Below, piece after piece: positions 10,046 through 19,251 of a DNA stretch of 64,000 nucleotides. The position numbers and the translations under genes were made by a program. How positions within the stretch are numbered: position 1 is the stretch's first letter; each line of letters starts with the position of its first letter. The DNA comes from a virus. The notes beneath the pieces were generated by a model. It was given only the letters and a program-made list of their open reading frames with translations, was not told the DNA's origin and made no database searches. The stretch lies in IMG/VR virus record IMGVR_UViG_3300034374_010855, positions 6,280 to 70,279 of that record; one strand, given 5' to 3'.

Positions 10046-11125
10046 TTACTTAATTATCATTTTCTTAACTATACGATTATCATAAATTTCTATAATCATA
10101 TTACCATTCACATCTTCTTGTCCTAATATATTAACCCGTTTTACACTTATTGGTTTTTGTAAATTAATATCGGTTAATGTTAATGGTTCAATATTAAAGT
10201 ATTCATACTGACCATCATAATCGATTTGTTTCAATTGATAGTAGTAAGTTATTCCTTTTTCGATTGAATAATCTTCATAGGTGTATTCTGTGATTGTTGT
10301 TTGGTTTCCATTACCATTAACCCATCCAATAACTTTAAAGTTTTCACCATCAGTACTTCTCAATACTTCAAATCCATCATTGTTAATTTCAGATGCGGTT
10401 ACCCATTCTAATCTAGCGTATTGGTTGTTGATTGGTGTAACATCAAATGAAAGTAATTCAACAGGTAATAATGTAGTAACTTCAAATAGTTCAAAGTTAT
10501 CCATCCACCAATCTTCACCAGGTCTGTTAGCTCTTGTTTGAATATCAATAGCAATTGTTGTTGGACCTGCAGGTATGATTAACTCAATATTTGAATAACC
10601 ATCACCTGTTGAAGTTCTATCTCCACCACTATTTGGTCTAAATTGTGTAAGACTACCATCAGCAACTTTTGAAGCAACTGCAGTTGATGAATAATCCCAA
10701 ATAGCATTTGAAAACCCTGCAACTCTTAATTCACTAACATAACTTCCACCATCTTGACTTAATTGTACTGTAATATAATCTCCACCATCTAAACCTTTGG
10801 TAGATGCACCAGGTGATGATATAACTTGAGCAGCCAATTTCATTCTGAATATGTGGTCTTTTGTTGGGTCTACAGTTACTGCTGGTAGAACATAAAAGTC
10901 TTGTTCATTTGTAGTATTACCATCACCATATAAAACCGCACTAAGAGTTGGAGTTACAGATATATTTGAATAATACCCAGTTGTAGGATTATTATACCAC
11001 CAAGCACCCATCCAATCATATGATTCAATATAATCATAATAAATTAAGGTTTCTGTAGTTTGTGATTTTAAAACATTACTTATTAGTAATATAAAAACGA
11101 TTGTAATTGTGTGTAACTTATCCAT
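10046..11125 (-). CDS. Secreted protein with LPVEL Ig-like domain and short type A T9SS-like C-terminal tail
   Basis: Signal peptide ..LKS-Q; LPVELLSF..LEWVTASEINNDGFEVLRSTDG..YYYQLKQIDYDG; VNILGQE..KKMIIK; TATTTATT 3 nt before ATG. Confidence 0.8.
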   Translation of the reverse strand: MDKLHTITIVFILLISNVLKSQTTETLIYYDYIESYDWMGAWWYNNPTTGYYSNISVTPTLSAVLYGDGNTTNEQDFYVLPAVTVDPTKDHIFRMKLAAQVISSPGASTKGLDGGDYITVQLSQDGGSYVSELRVAGFSNAIWDYSSTAVASKVADGSLTQFRPNSGGDRTSTGDGYSNIELIIPAGPTTIAIDIQTRANRPGEDWWMDNFELFEVTTLLPVELLSFDVTPINNQYARLEWVTASEINNDGFEVLRSTDGENFKVIGWVNGNGNQTTITEYTYEDYSIEKGITYYYQLKQIDYDGQYEYFNIEPLTLTDINLQKPISVKRVNILGQEDVNGNMIIEIYDNRIVKKMIIK

Positions 11126-11174
11126 ACTAATAAATATCTGTATGGTTTAAAAAATAATTAGTAGTGAATCATAA

Positions 11175-11810
11175 TTATGTATCTTTATTAATATTATAAA
11201 AGAAATTATCATCATCTGATGTAGCCCATTTATCATGACTTTCACAATGATATTTTTTCATATTTAATTTATAATCTGGAATATGTTGAAATGGTTCTGA
11301 TACCATACTAGGTTCAGCCCATAGTATTCTATTGTTAGGGTAAGCACAAAAGTATCCGTCATTTAACTCTATAACGTGAGCTGATTTATGTTGAGATGGT
11401 TCTTCTGCATAAGAAGTGGAAACACCTTTAGACATATCAGCATCCCAATCTATTGTAAATCTATATATACCTTCCCGCTTTGTACCATCTTTTAATAGTA
11501 CCATACATCTCTTACCTTTTAAAAACATAAACTGGGTTACGTGTGGAGAGTATGAAAAGCAATCCCATAACTGTAATATATGAAAGTCTATATGTGGAGC
11601 ATCTTCCTTTTCAAATGGAACTAATGCTGAAATAGGAATCTTGTCATAAACAGCCCCTATATCTGTCATTACTAAAAATAATAATGCAGTACCTTGAAGA
11701 CTTTTAACTGCAAACGCAGTCCCTTCTACAAGCTCTCCATGACCTTTCTCTAAGTTATAAAGATATTCTTTTCTAATGTAACATTCTATTGGAGGTATAT
11801 TGATATTCAT
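11175..11810 (-). CDS. Conserved-looking phage hypothetical protein
   Basis: NIPPIECYIRKEYLY..LQLWDCFSY..YPNNRI, a pattern recalled from aquatic T4-like phages. Confidence 0.75.
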   Translation of the reverse strand: MNINIPPIECYIRKEYLYNLEKGHGELVEGTAFAVKSLQGTALLFLVMTDIGAVYDKIPISALVPFEKEDAPHIDFHILQLWDCFSYSPHVTQFMFLKGKRCMVLLKDGTKREGIYRFTIDWDADMSKGVSTSYAEEPSQHKSAHVIELNDGYFCAYPNNRILWAEPSMVSEPFQHIPDYKLNMKKYHCESHDKWATSDDDNFFYNINKDT

Positions 11811-11820
11811 TTTTGTTTTT

Positions 11821-11958
11821 TTACCACATTAAACTTACTCCCCAACCTAACCAAACTAAATCTATACTATAGTATCCGTTTAATATTTTAGTATATGTTA
11901 GTTTAATTGTTGGGGTAAGATATAATTGGTCACTTACTTCATACGCTTCTATCTTCAT
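11821..11958 (-). CDS. 45-aa micro-protein, paralog of 5138-5305
   Basis: Manual translation MKIEAYEVSDQLYLTPTIKLTYTKILNGYYSIDLVWLGWGVSLMW. Confidence 0.72.
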   Translation of the reverse strand: MKIEAYEVSDQLYLTPTIKLTYTKILNGYYSIDLVWLGWGVSLMW

Positions 11959-12088
11959 ATTTTTTATTTAAAAAAGTTTCCTTCAATTAATCTATTAATT
12001 TCATATGTTAAGTAAAGTATTATAACGTACAATGATAATAACCACCTATCTATACGTTTAATATTTCCTTTTTTCATAAAATCTAGTT

Positions 12089-12451
12089 TCAAAATCTTTT
12101 ATGCCATTCTTCTAAATCAATTAGGTAATCATCATTAACCTTTATCTCCCATCTATTAGTAGTTACATAAACCCTATAATCGGCAATGTATGAATATTCA
12201 GTTATTAGAACATTTAATTTATTATAAACAGGATATTGTGTGTTATACATTGTATCATCCCAATACCATAATCCAGGTTTGTTTGCATCCCACCTGTTAT
12301 TTACTTTTTTTATTATTATATCGGATTCCCATCTATATTCAACAAATTTAATTACAATATCTGCTTGATGTGGGTATTTAACAAAGTTTATAACTTGTCC
12401 CTTAACATTAAGAGTAAATAATACACCTAATAATATTAATAATTTTTTCAT
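12089..12451 (-). CDS. Secreted protein, DUF6150-like
   Basis: Start revised to MKKLLILLGVLFTLNVKG-Q (signal peptide); repeated V-x-Y-x-x-QAD pattern and GLWY. Confidence 0.6.
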   Translation of the reverse strand: MKKLLILLGVLFTLNVKGQVINFVKYPHQADIVIKFVEYRWESDIIIKKVNNRWDANKPGLWYWDDTMYNTQYPVYNKLNVLITEYSYIADYRVYVTTNRWEIKVNDDYLIDLEEWHKRF

Positions 12452-12480
12452 ATTTACTTTATTCTTTTTTCTTAGTATTT

Positions 12481-12542
12481 GAACCCCACCCAACCTACTA
12501 AGGTACTAAAGCAAGCTTAGTCGTTCAGTTGGTGCAGGGCCC
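12481..12542 (-). ncRNA. GC-rich long imperfect hairpin, candidate structured RNA
   Basis: Nested stems GGGCCCUGC/GUGGGGUUC, CCAAC/GUUGG, ACUAAG/CUUAGU in AT-rich intergenic DNA. Confidence 0.5.
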
Positions 12543-12586
12543 TTATTCAGATTAAAAATGTTGAGATTTTCTAACTATACTCATAA

Positions 12587-12781
12587 TTATTTATTTTTTA
12601 TAATTTTAAAACTAACAAATAAATTTCCAATACCCAAAATTAAAGCTGAGTAGGTAAAAAACATTTCACTAAACACACTATTGAACCCAATAATATTTTG
12701 AGTTAAACCCAATATTGTGAATATACTCAAACCTAAACTAACTATAGCTCCTATCAAATACTTTAAATTAACTTTTATCAT
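12587..12781 (-). CDS. Small two-TM membrane protein
   Basis: Two hydrophobic segments. Confidence 0.6.
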   Translation of the reverse strand: MIKVNLKYLIGAIVSLGLSIFTILGLTQNIIGFNSVFSEMFFTYSALILGIGNLFVSFKIIKNK

Positions 12782-13237
12782 AACTTTTATTTTTAATTAC
12801 TCATCTTAATAAATCTAAGATACTGACAATATCTTAAATAATCAAATTTAATTAAATAAAAGTAATTTAAATATCAATCAATAAGAAACCATATTATTAA
12901 ATATAATATGGAACTACCAGGTGTTATTATAAAGAAGAGTCTCCATAACCAAGTTGGTATATTTTTATTCTTACCTAAATAGGTACACACACCACCTATT
13001 AATCTATTATCATTTATTGCTTTCATATCTTTTTGTTTTAATTTTAAATACAATGGTCAACTAATGGGTAATCATTCTCATTCATATAATCAAGTGCAAG
13101 TGTAATATTATCTTTAGTAGTAAGCATTGTGCCATCTTTGTAAGTGATAGTTGTTACCCCATCTTTGACTTCAATCATTTGAACATTATCTAATGGTTTT
13201 ATCATTATCTCTTCTTTGTTTTATTTTTACTCTTATT

Positions 13238-13477
13238 TTACTTAGTATTAATATTTATTGTTATATCAGATTTACCTGTAGATAAGTCATATGTGTTGTT
13301 TCTATTATCATTAATGAAACCATAATCTTTAAAATTGAAAATAATTACATCTTCATTATTTAACCATCCGTGTATAGAGTTAGTAGCATAATCAATGGAA
13401 AGATGTTTTATAAGTCCCATCTTCCAAGATTCACGATACTCCTCAACCAATTCATTAGGTGTTATATTTATTGTCAT
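13238..13477 (-). CDS. Hypothetical protein
   Basis: 79-aa ORF in gene run. Confidence 0.6.
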   Translation of the reverse strand: MTINITPNELVEEYRESWKMGLIKHLSIDYATNSIHGWLNNEDVIIFNFKDYGFINDNRNNTYDLSTGKSDITININTK

Positions 13478-13498
13478 TTCTAGTTACTTAAAGGTGCT

Positions 13499-13717
13499 TT
13501 AATTGTTGGATGTGATTGATAATTTATATTTCAAAGTCCTATCATTCATATCCATAATACCAAACACTACCGAGTTGTCTTCGGGGTTAACCATAGTTGG
13601 TGTTATCATATAACCATCAATTTTATCTAAAACCTGTTTAATCTCAGTTACTAAATTAATTGGTATTTTAGTTTCGATTTCTGTTTTCTCAAATGTTTCT
13701 GGGTTGTAGTAATCCAT
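13499..13717 (-). CDS. Hypothetical protein
   Basis: 72-aa ORF in gene run. Confidence 0.6.
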   Translation of the reverse strand: MDYYNPETFEKTEIETKIPINLVTEIKQVLDKIDGYMITPTMVNPEDNSVVFGIMDMNDRTLKYKLSITSNN

Positions 13718-13757
13718 AATTTGTTTATTTTTAATTTGATAAAGGTAACCCTAAAAG

Positions 13758-14846
13758 TTAATTAGAGAGTGGCATTTTTATGGTAGGATGACTTTGATAC
13801 CCCTCAATTTTAAAATCAGATATTGAACAACTATTTAAAAATTCATCTATTGTACCCGTAAAGTTTACATCTTCTGAAATAACTAATTTAGGTAATGGAT
13901 ATGGTTCTCTGATTAACTGTTCTTTAATACCTTCAATTTGATTAAGATATATGTGACAATCACCCATATTAGTAATCAATTCATCAGGAATCATATTTAC
14001 TTCTTTTGCAATAATTTCTAATAAAAGAGCATATGATGCGATATTGAACGGCGTCCCCAATGGAACGTCTTGACTTCTGGCATTATACATTAATGAGATT
14101 GCCCTAGTTGGGATGTTGTGTTTATCCATATATTCCTTTGCCTTTGTCTTTGGTTCCTTGTAATGGATAGTTAACCACTCATTCGAATCACCATTTTTCA
14201 TTATTTGGTATCTTTCTTCAAATGACAACTCTCTTGTATAAACTTGAAATCCATAATGACAAGGTGGAAGAACCATATCAGGAATATCGTTAACATTCCA
14301 TGCATTAACCATTAATCGTCTTGAGTCTGGGTTTGTTTTAAGGTCGTTGATTAGGTTTTGGATTTGGTCTATTGCTTGATACTTAAAATATGTTTCACCA
14401 TCAATATACTCGCTATCGGTAGTCCAACTTCTCCATTGTGCTCCATAGATAGGACCTAACTCGCCCCACTTCTTACCAAACCCATCATTAGTCTTAATCT
14501 TCTCAATAAATTCACTCATACTCAATGAATGGTCGTGTGGGGGATTACATTCAATACTTGCGTAATTCTTATACGCATCGCCATTCCAAATGTTACATCC
14601 GTTATCTACTAAGTATTTAATGTTGGTGTCACCTCGTAAGAACCATAGTAATTCAGTCACCATCGTTTTCCAAGCCATTTTCTTAGTAGTCAATAGTGGA
14701 AATCCATCACTCATCTTATGTCGAATCTGTCTACCAAATACACTTAGTGTACCTGTTCCAGTTCTATCTTTTTTTTCTACTCCATTATCTAAAATGTCTT
14801 GAAGTAGTTTTAGGTATTGATGTTCTATGTTTTTATCCTTGTCCAT
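13758..14846 (-). CDS. thyA: Thymidylate synthase
   Basis: DRTGTGT, FPLLTTKK, LGPIYGAQWR, SRR, LPPCH, RSQD..PFNIASY, GDCHIYLN. Confidence 0.97.
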   Translation of the reverse strand: MDKDKNIEHQYLKLLQDILDNGVEKKDRTGTGTLSVFGRQIRHKMSDGFPLLTTKKMAWKTMVTELLWFLRGDTNIKYLVDNGCNIWNGDAYKNYASIECNPPHDHSLSMSEFIEKIKTNDGFGKKWGELGPIYGAQWRSWTTDSEYIDGETYFKYQAIDQIQNLINDLKTNPDSRRLMVNAWNVNDIPDMVLPPCHYGFQVYTRELSFEERYQIMKNGDSNEWLTIHYKEPKTKAKEYMDKHNIPTRAISLMYNARSQDVPLGTPFNIASYALLLEIIAKEVNMIPDELITNMGDCHIYLNQIEGIKEQLIREPYPLPKLVISEDVNFTGTIDEFLNSCSISDFKIEGYQSHPTIKMPLSN

Positions 14847-14847
14847 C

Positions 14848-15072
14848 TTAATCTAATTTTAAATCATTGTTATCCAATATCTCAAAAAACTCCCCTCGCA
14901 TTGCTTCCCATTGTTCTAACTGCTCATCATTCAACCCAGTTGGATTGTACTTCAATGTGCTTCTAAACAACTGTTTTATATCCCACAAAGCCATATACAT
15001 CTTGCTGGCATTGTTTGCCATTTCGTATTCCTCTTTATCTTCGGGTAGTTTAAATTCTATTATCGCTTTCAT
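14848..15072 (-). CDS. Hypothetical phage protein
   Basis: MKAIIEFKLPED N-terminus, common among phage hypotheticals. Confidence 0.7.
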   Translation of the reverse strand: MKAIIEFKLPEDKEEYEMANNASKMYMALWDIKQLFRSTLKYNPTGLNDEQLEQWEAMRGEFFEILDNNDLKLD

Positions 15073-15332
15073 TTTCTTTTATTTTATGTCTATAATTTTA
15101 GACGTAGATGATATTAGCACGTTATGTGCAATTAACCGCACAACCATTTCCCATCATAAGAATATTTTACACAAGCACCACCGAAGTAATCAACCACAAC
15201 AGTCTTGCTTAAATAATCCCTACGCACACTTACACCACTTTTACCAGTTGCTTTTAAGTGTCCTAATATCTTTGATTTTAGCCAGTAAGTCATATCTTTC
15301 TCATAACCTTTATTAGTTAATTTCTTATACCA

Positions 15333-15364
15333 CAAAGATAAGAAACTTATTTGGATATACCAAA
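15333..15364 (-). promoter_or_regulatory. Bacteroidota sigma70 promoter (TTTG ... TATCTTTG)
   Basis: -33 TTTG at 15364-15361 and -7 TATCTTTG at 15340-15333, upstream of the thyA run. Confidence 0.75.
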
Positions 15365-15383
15365 TTATAATGTTGAGAAATTG

Positions 15384-15566
15384 TTAAATTCCACTACCTA
15401 TTTGTTTCAGTATTTCTACTACTTTAAATATTTTTTTAAAATCTTCAAGTGGAAGTTTTTTGATTTGACTGGCTAATACATATGCTTCTTCAATATTAGA
15501 GGCATCAAATATATATATTGCATCTTCATCCTTATCTGTTAAATTATAGAATTTGTATTTTTTCAT
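15384..15566 (-). CDS. Hypothetical protein
   Basis: 60-aa ORF overlapping the GH16 stop codon. Confidence 0.6.
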   Translation of the reverse strand: MKKYKFYNLTDKDEDAIYIFDASNIEEAYVLASQIKKLPLEDFKKIFKVVEILKQIGSGI

Positions 15567-16306
15567 AACTTATTTTTTGAATAATATTCTTCTAAGGTAG
15601 AATACTTAAAGTAGTTAATTATAAACTCAGAATTTTCTTCTTTAGATATTCTTTTACCATCTCTCATACTCGTATTGATTATTACATTCATGTCAATATT
15701 ATTGAATTGTGATAGTATCTGTTCATCAGTAAATTCTCTTATCTTCCTTCCATCATAAAATATAGTTATCTTATTCTCCTCCCAAAGACAAGCATACTTT
15801 ATAAAATTCTTTTGTGGGTTTTTAAAACCTAAAAACTTTTTAACAGACCCTGTATTTTTAGGATTATCTGGAGTGTTGTAATAAAAGTTTGTTTCTATCT
15901 TCCAAAAATTAAAAATCTTAGGAAAGTTAATAGATAGGTATGTTTTGAATATAGGTGAACTGTAAGCTTCAAATACATCAATTTCAGGAGGCCATGAATC
16001 AAATCCCCACATCCAAAATGCGGGCCAGAGGTTTTTACCTGTTGGTAACTTTGCTTCTATTTCAAAGTAACCATACTTAAATCTCGTAGTATTTGATACC
16101 AACCCTATACCAATAGGACTGACAAACTCTTCCCCATCTATAGTAAATGTTTTAGGGTTGTATTGTGTTTTTAAAACTAACTTACCATCTCTGATTTCTA
16201 TAGCCGATGAATCATACCAGTTAAATCTTTTTTTAGGATGTATCTCACCAAATCTTTCTTGGGTTAACCATTCATAACCTGACCAATGTATTGTTTCTTT
16301 ACTCAT
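15563..16306 (-). CDS. Glycoside hydrolase family 16 (laminarinase-like)
   Basis: YGYFEIEAKLP, LWPAFWM, catalytic EIDVFE, YACLW..FYDG. Confidence 0.9.
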   Translation of the reverse strand: MSKETIHWSGYEWLTQERFGEIHPKKRFNWYDSSAIEIRDGKLVLKTQYNPKTFTIDGEEFVSPIGIGLVSNTTRFKYGYFEIEAKLPTGKNLWPAFWMWGFDSWPPEIDVFEAYSSPIFKTYLSINFPKIFNFWKIETNFYYNTPDNPKNTGSVKKFLGFKNPQKNFIKYACLWEENKITIFYDGRKIREFTDEQILSQFNNIDMNVIINTSMRDGKRISKEENSEFIINYFKYSTLEEYYSKNKL

Positions 16307-16641
16307 AACAATTCCGTTTCAGTTAATGTAAAATAAATGTTTTGTAATTGGTGAATGTATTTTACTTTAGGAAAGTTATTAACACTATTCTCCCAATCAT
16401 AATTATCAGAGCTATCTAACTTAAATTGAACCTTATTATTATTCCGAGTAGGATAGCTTGTTTTATTCCGTAATCGTTTCTGAAACCCAATCTCTTCCAA
16501 CCATTCTGATGTTATTGGTATTGGCTCAAAGTTTTTGATATCCCCAATATTTGATTCAGTAATAGTAATATTAGATTGTGACTTATTATCGTACACTAAA
16601 TTACCTACTCTCAAACCTATTAAAATATTTTCTACTACCAT
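16303..16641 (-). CDS. Hypothetical phage protein
   Basis: LRVGNLV..PIPITSEWLEEIGF..YIHQLQNIYFTLT pattern recalled from Bacteroidota phages; start revised to the ATG at 16641. Confidence 0.7.
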   Translation of the reverse strand: MVVENILIGLRVGNLVYDNKSQSNITITESNIGDIKNFEPIPITSEWLEEIGFQKRLRNKTSYPTRNNNKVQFKLDSSDNYDWENSVNNFPKVKYIHQLQNIYFTLTETELL

Positions 16642-16651
16642 AATATTATTT

Positions 16652-16912
16652 TTAAAAGTTGTCCCAACACCATATTGGGGTCTTGTCTCCCATCCATGCA
16701 CCACTCACATTGTATGTGAAGTATTCCATCGCATCTAACTCTGACATATCCCTTTCAAGAATTTTTAAACATTTGGAAACGGAGTATATTAACCTCATTT
16801 CTTTTTCTTCAACACCAATAACTGCATCATCAAATCCGTCTGCTTTTAAAAATTCGTATTCGTAATAATTTTCTATTATATCTTCTAACATATATTTTAT
16901 CTTTTTAACCAA
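16652..16912 (-). CDS. Hypothetical phage protein
   Basis: ADGFDDAVIG..AMEYFTYNVSGAWMGDKTP, a common phage hypothetical pattern. Confidence 0.75.
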   Translation of the reverse strand: MVKKIKYMLEDIIENYYEYEFLKADGFDDAVIGVEEKEMRLIYSVSKCLKILERDMSELDAMEYFTYNVSGAWMGDKTPIWCWDNF

Positions 16913-17109
16913 TCACCAACTTTAATCCTAACTACTGTTAGTAAAGTTATAATTAGAATTGATACAAACAAATTAATCTTAGGTAGGAATGGTATCACAT
17001 ATACTAATCCAACATTCCATAGTATCATCAATGCTACTGATAGTATCACTCCAACCAACGGAAATATTAATATAAAACTTCCGTAAAAAAATAATTCTCT
17101 TAATGTCAT
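16897..17109 (-). CDS. Small two-TM membrane protein
   Basis: Hydrophobic 70-aa ORF. Confidence 0.6.
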   Translation of the reverse strand: MTLRELFFYGSFILIFPLVGVILSVALMILWNVGLVYVIPFLPKINLFVSILIITLLTVVRIKVGDWLKR

Positions 17110-17112
17110 TGT

Positions 17113-17586
17113 TTAATTTTTAGTTCTGTAAATAATTCCACCTATAATTTCACCATCAGCTAAATGGTCATACTTACCATAAGTACCGATTCTATATCCC
17201 GTTTCAATAGGAGTAATAGTACTTACACAAAGGTTTTTAAATTCTTCACCTAACCAATCGAGTTGTTGATGAAGTTTAATACAAGGTCCACCTGATGGGT
17301 CTACCATATCAATAGTTTTGGTGTCTGAATACACTAAATGACGATATTTTAATCCTATTTCTGATAAACCAAGCCATTCTCCATTCTCGTATACCTGTTC
17401 ATGTACTTTTTCTATGAAAGTATCAATATGCATATAACCACCATCTTTACGGTATTGTTGATATGCTTCTTTGTACGCATTAGGATAACCTATACGACAA
17501 TATTTAAAATCACCTTCCCATAAAATACTTCCATCATCTTGTAGTGTGAAAGTATAAATGCCTCCATCTCTATTTTCCCATTCCAT
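17113..17586 (-). CDS. Hypothetical protein
   Basis: 157-aa ORF containing MVDPSGGP. Confidence 0.7.
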   Translation of the reverse strand: MEWENRDGGIYTFTLQDDGSILWEGDFKYCRIGYPNAYKEAYQQYRKDGGYMHIDTFIEKVHEQVYENGEWLGLSEIGLKYRHLVYSDTKTIDMVDPSGGPCIKLHQQLDWLGEEFKNLCVSTITPIETGYRIGTYGKYDHLADGEIIGGIIYRTKN

Positions 17587-17761
17587 TTGATATATTTTTA
17601 TTTTGTTTAGTAAATATAGAATCTATAGTTGTAACCATTTCATCTACACCATCACGATATCCTATTTTATATGCTGAATTATAGACTTGATTGTAAGCCC
17701 AAAGTTCAAATAATAAAATAAATGATATAATGCTTATTATAATTAACTGGTATTTTCTCAT
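17570..17761 (-). CDS. Single-TM micro-protein, paralog of 18049-18228
   Basis: TM then AYKIGYRDGVDEMVTTIDSIF. Confidence 0.7.
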   Translation of the reverse strand: MRKYQLIIISIISFILLFELWAYNQVYNSAYKIGYRDGVDEMVTTIDSIFTKQNKNISNGMGK

Positions 17762-17765
17762 ATTT

Positions 17766-17939
17766 TTATTCGTTTCTATCTTTGTTAAATAATTCTTTCT
17801 CTATCTCTTCTATTGAAATTTCTCTGAGTTGTTTTTCAAACTCTTCAATTTCAGATAGGTATAATTGTATATTTGATTCTGCTTTCTTAATCCAATTCTT
17901 TCGTGATTGGATTTTCTGTTCTAATAATTCTCTTTCCAT
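17766..17939 (-). CDS. 57-aa coiled-coil protein
   Basis: Manual translation MERELLEQKIQSRKNWIKKAESNIQLYLSEIEEFEKQLRE.. Confidence 0.55.
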   Translation of the reverse strand: MERELLEQKIQSRKNWIKKAESNIQLYLSEIEEFEKQLREISIEEIEKELFNKDRNE

Positions 17940-17968
17940 CAATATGATTGTTTATGTTTTATGTTTAG

Positions 17969-18042
17969 TGAACCAGGAAGGATTCGAACCTTCGACCTAC
18001 TGCTTAGAAGGCAGTTGCTCTATCCAGCTGAGCTACTGGTCC
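17969..18042 (-). tRNA. tRNA-Arg(UCU), CCA not encoded
   Basis: GGACCAGTAGCTCAGCTGGATAGAGCAACTGCCTTCTAAGCAGTAGGTCGAAGGTTCGAATCCTTCCTGGTTCA folds as a cloverleaf with anticodon TCT. Confidence 0.96.
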
Positions 18043-18048
18043 AATCCT

Positions 18049-18228
18049 TTACTCTACTTCTTTGAGTTTCTTTTGGTTTACGAATATGGAATCAATAGTT
18101 GTAACCATTTCATCAATCCCATCTTTACGACCTTGTCTATAAGCATAGTTGTATGTTACACTAATAGACCAATACTCAACGAGTAAGATACTCAAAAAGA
18201 AAATTATAATTACTAGTTTTTTATTCAT
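18049..18228 (-). CDS. Single-TM micro-protein, paralog of 17570-17761
   Basis: Manual translation MNKKLVIIIFFLSILLVEYWSISVTYNYAYRQGRKDGIDEMVTTIDSIFVNQKKLKEVE. Confidence 0.72.
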   Translation of the reverse strand: MNKKLVIIIFFLSILLVEYWSISVTYNYAYRQGRKDGIDEMVTTIDSIFVNQKKLKEVE

Positions 18229-18234
18229 AATATT

Positions 18235-18651
18235 TTAATTTAGTTCTTTGTTATAAAAATGAACAATGATTAATGGTTCTTCATAGATTAAGTTTAAACC
18301 ATATCTTCTATCATTGTAAAGTTGGAAGTATACAATATCAGATGATACTGCTTCAATAGTTTTAATTAACTGATAACTATCTCCATAATCATCTTCACCT
18401 TCCATCGTACTACCCACATAGATATATCTTTCAGCATCACCTTTGTGTGGGTAATACATAATTGAGTTACCATCCACATTAAACGTAAAAACATTTGCTC
18501 CTTCATAATGAGTAACAGAATCACCATAACTCAACATCACATTTAAGTATGCACGACTAAACTCAGGTAGGATTTCTTCGGTTGTGTTTTGTGAGTATGA
18601 TACCATACCAATCCCAAATAAGGTAATCACACTAAATAATAGTTTTTTCAT
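18235..18651 (-). CDS. Secreted hypothetical protein
   Basis: Sec signal MKKLLFSVITLFGIGMVSYS-Q with Gln at +1, as is typical in Bacteroidota. Confidence 0.75.
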   Translation of the reverse strand: MKKLLFSVITLFGIGMVSYSQNTTEEILPEFSRAYLNVMLSYGDSVTHYEGANVFTFNVDGNSIMYYPHKGDAERYIYVGSTMEGEDDYGDSYQLIKTIEAVSSDIVYFQLYNDRRYGLNLIYEEPLIIVHFYNKELN

Positions 18652-18654
18652 AAT

Positions 18655-19251
18655 TTATTTAATTTTATTTTCATTTAATAATTTTTTATAATGTTTTCTA
18701 GAAATTGGTTTATACGACTCATTTCCCCCAATTTGTACTTGCTCACCTTTAAATATTGGCTTACCGTCATTAATTCTCATATTAATTGACGTTTTACCCC
18801 CAAACTCACAAATTGTTTTCAGTTCTTCTATTGTGTCGGCTAAAGTCATTAAATAAATTGAGCCTTCAAAAGGTTCTCCTAAATAATCGGAACGTAAACC
18901 ATAACAAATAACTGGTATATTTAGATAATCTACTACGTCAGTAAGTTGCCAAACTTGTTCTTTGGTTAAAAATTGAGCTTCATCTACTAAAACACAAGAT
19001 ACTTTATTTATTTGATTAAAACCTAATTTTTCATAAACCATTTTATATAAATTACTTTTTTTATTAAAAGTATTAGCATCACGACTAATACCAATCCTAG
19101 AAGTGATTTTCTTTTTACCAAATCTATCATCTAAATCAGAAGTTAAAACAAATACTTTTTTGTTTTTTTCTTCATAGTTATATGCTGTTTTCAATAAATC
19201 AAGAGATTTACCAGCACCCATGGTCGAATATCTAAAATACAGTTTTTCCAT
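18655..19251 (-). CDS. tdk: Thymidine kinase
   Basis: YSTMGAGKS, SRIG, LVDEAQFL, YGLRSD..PFEGS, IGGNESY. Confidence 0.96.
   Translation of the reverse strand: MEKLYFRYSTMGAGKSLDLLKTAYNYEEKNKKVFVLTSDLDDRFGKKKITSRIGISRDANTFNKKSNLYKMVYEKLGFNQINKVSCVLVDEAQFLTKEQVWQLTDVVDYLNIPVICYGLRSDYLGEPFEGSIYLMTLADTIEELKTICEFGGKTSINMRINDGKPIFKGEQVQIGGNESYKPISRKHYKKLLNENKIK

Noticed and set aside
13758-14846. Group I intron or intein in thyA (or in terminase)
   Set aside because: The ORFs are continuous, the thyA insertions are short and in frame, and no splicing or homing-endonuclease motifs are visible.
17782-18186. 134-aa plus-strand ORF
   Set aside because: Antisense to tRNA-Arg and two small minus-strand genes; a shadow ORF.
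5138-18228. Diversity-generating retroelement TR/VR pairs in the duplicated segments
   Set aside because: Differences are not adenine-specific, both copies are coding, and there is no reverse transcriptase in the window.
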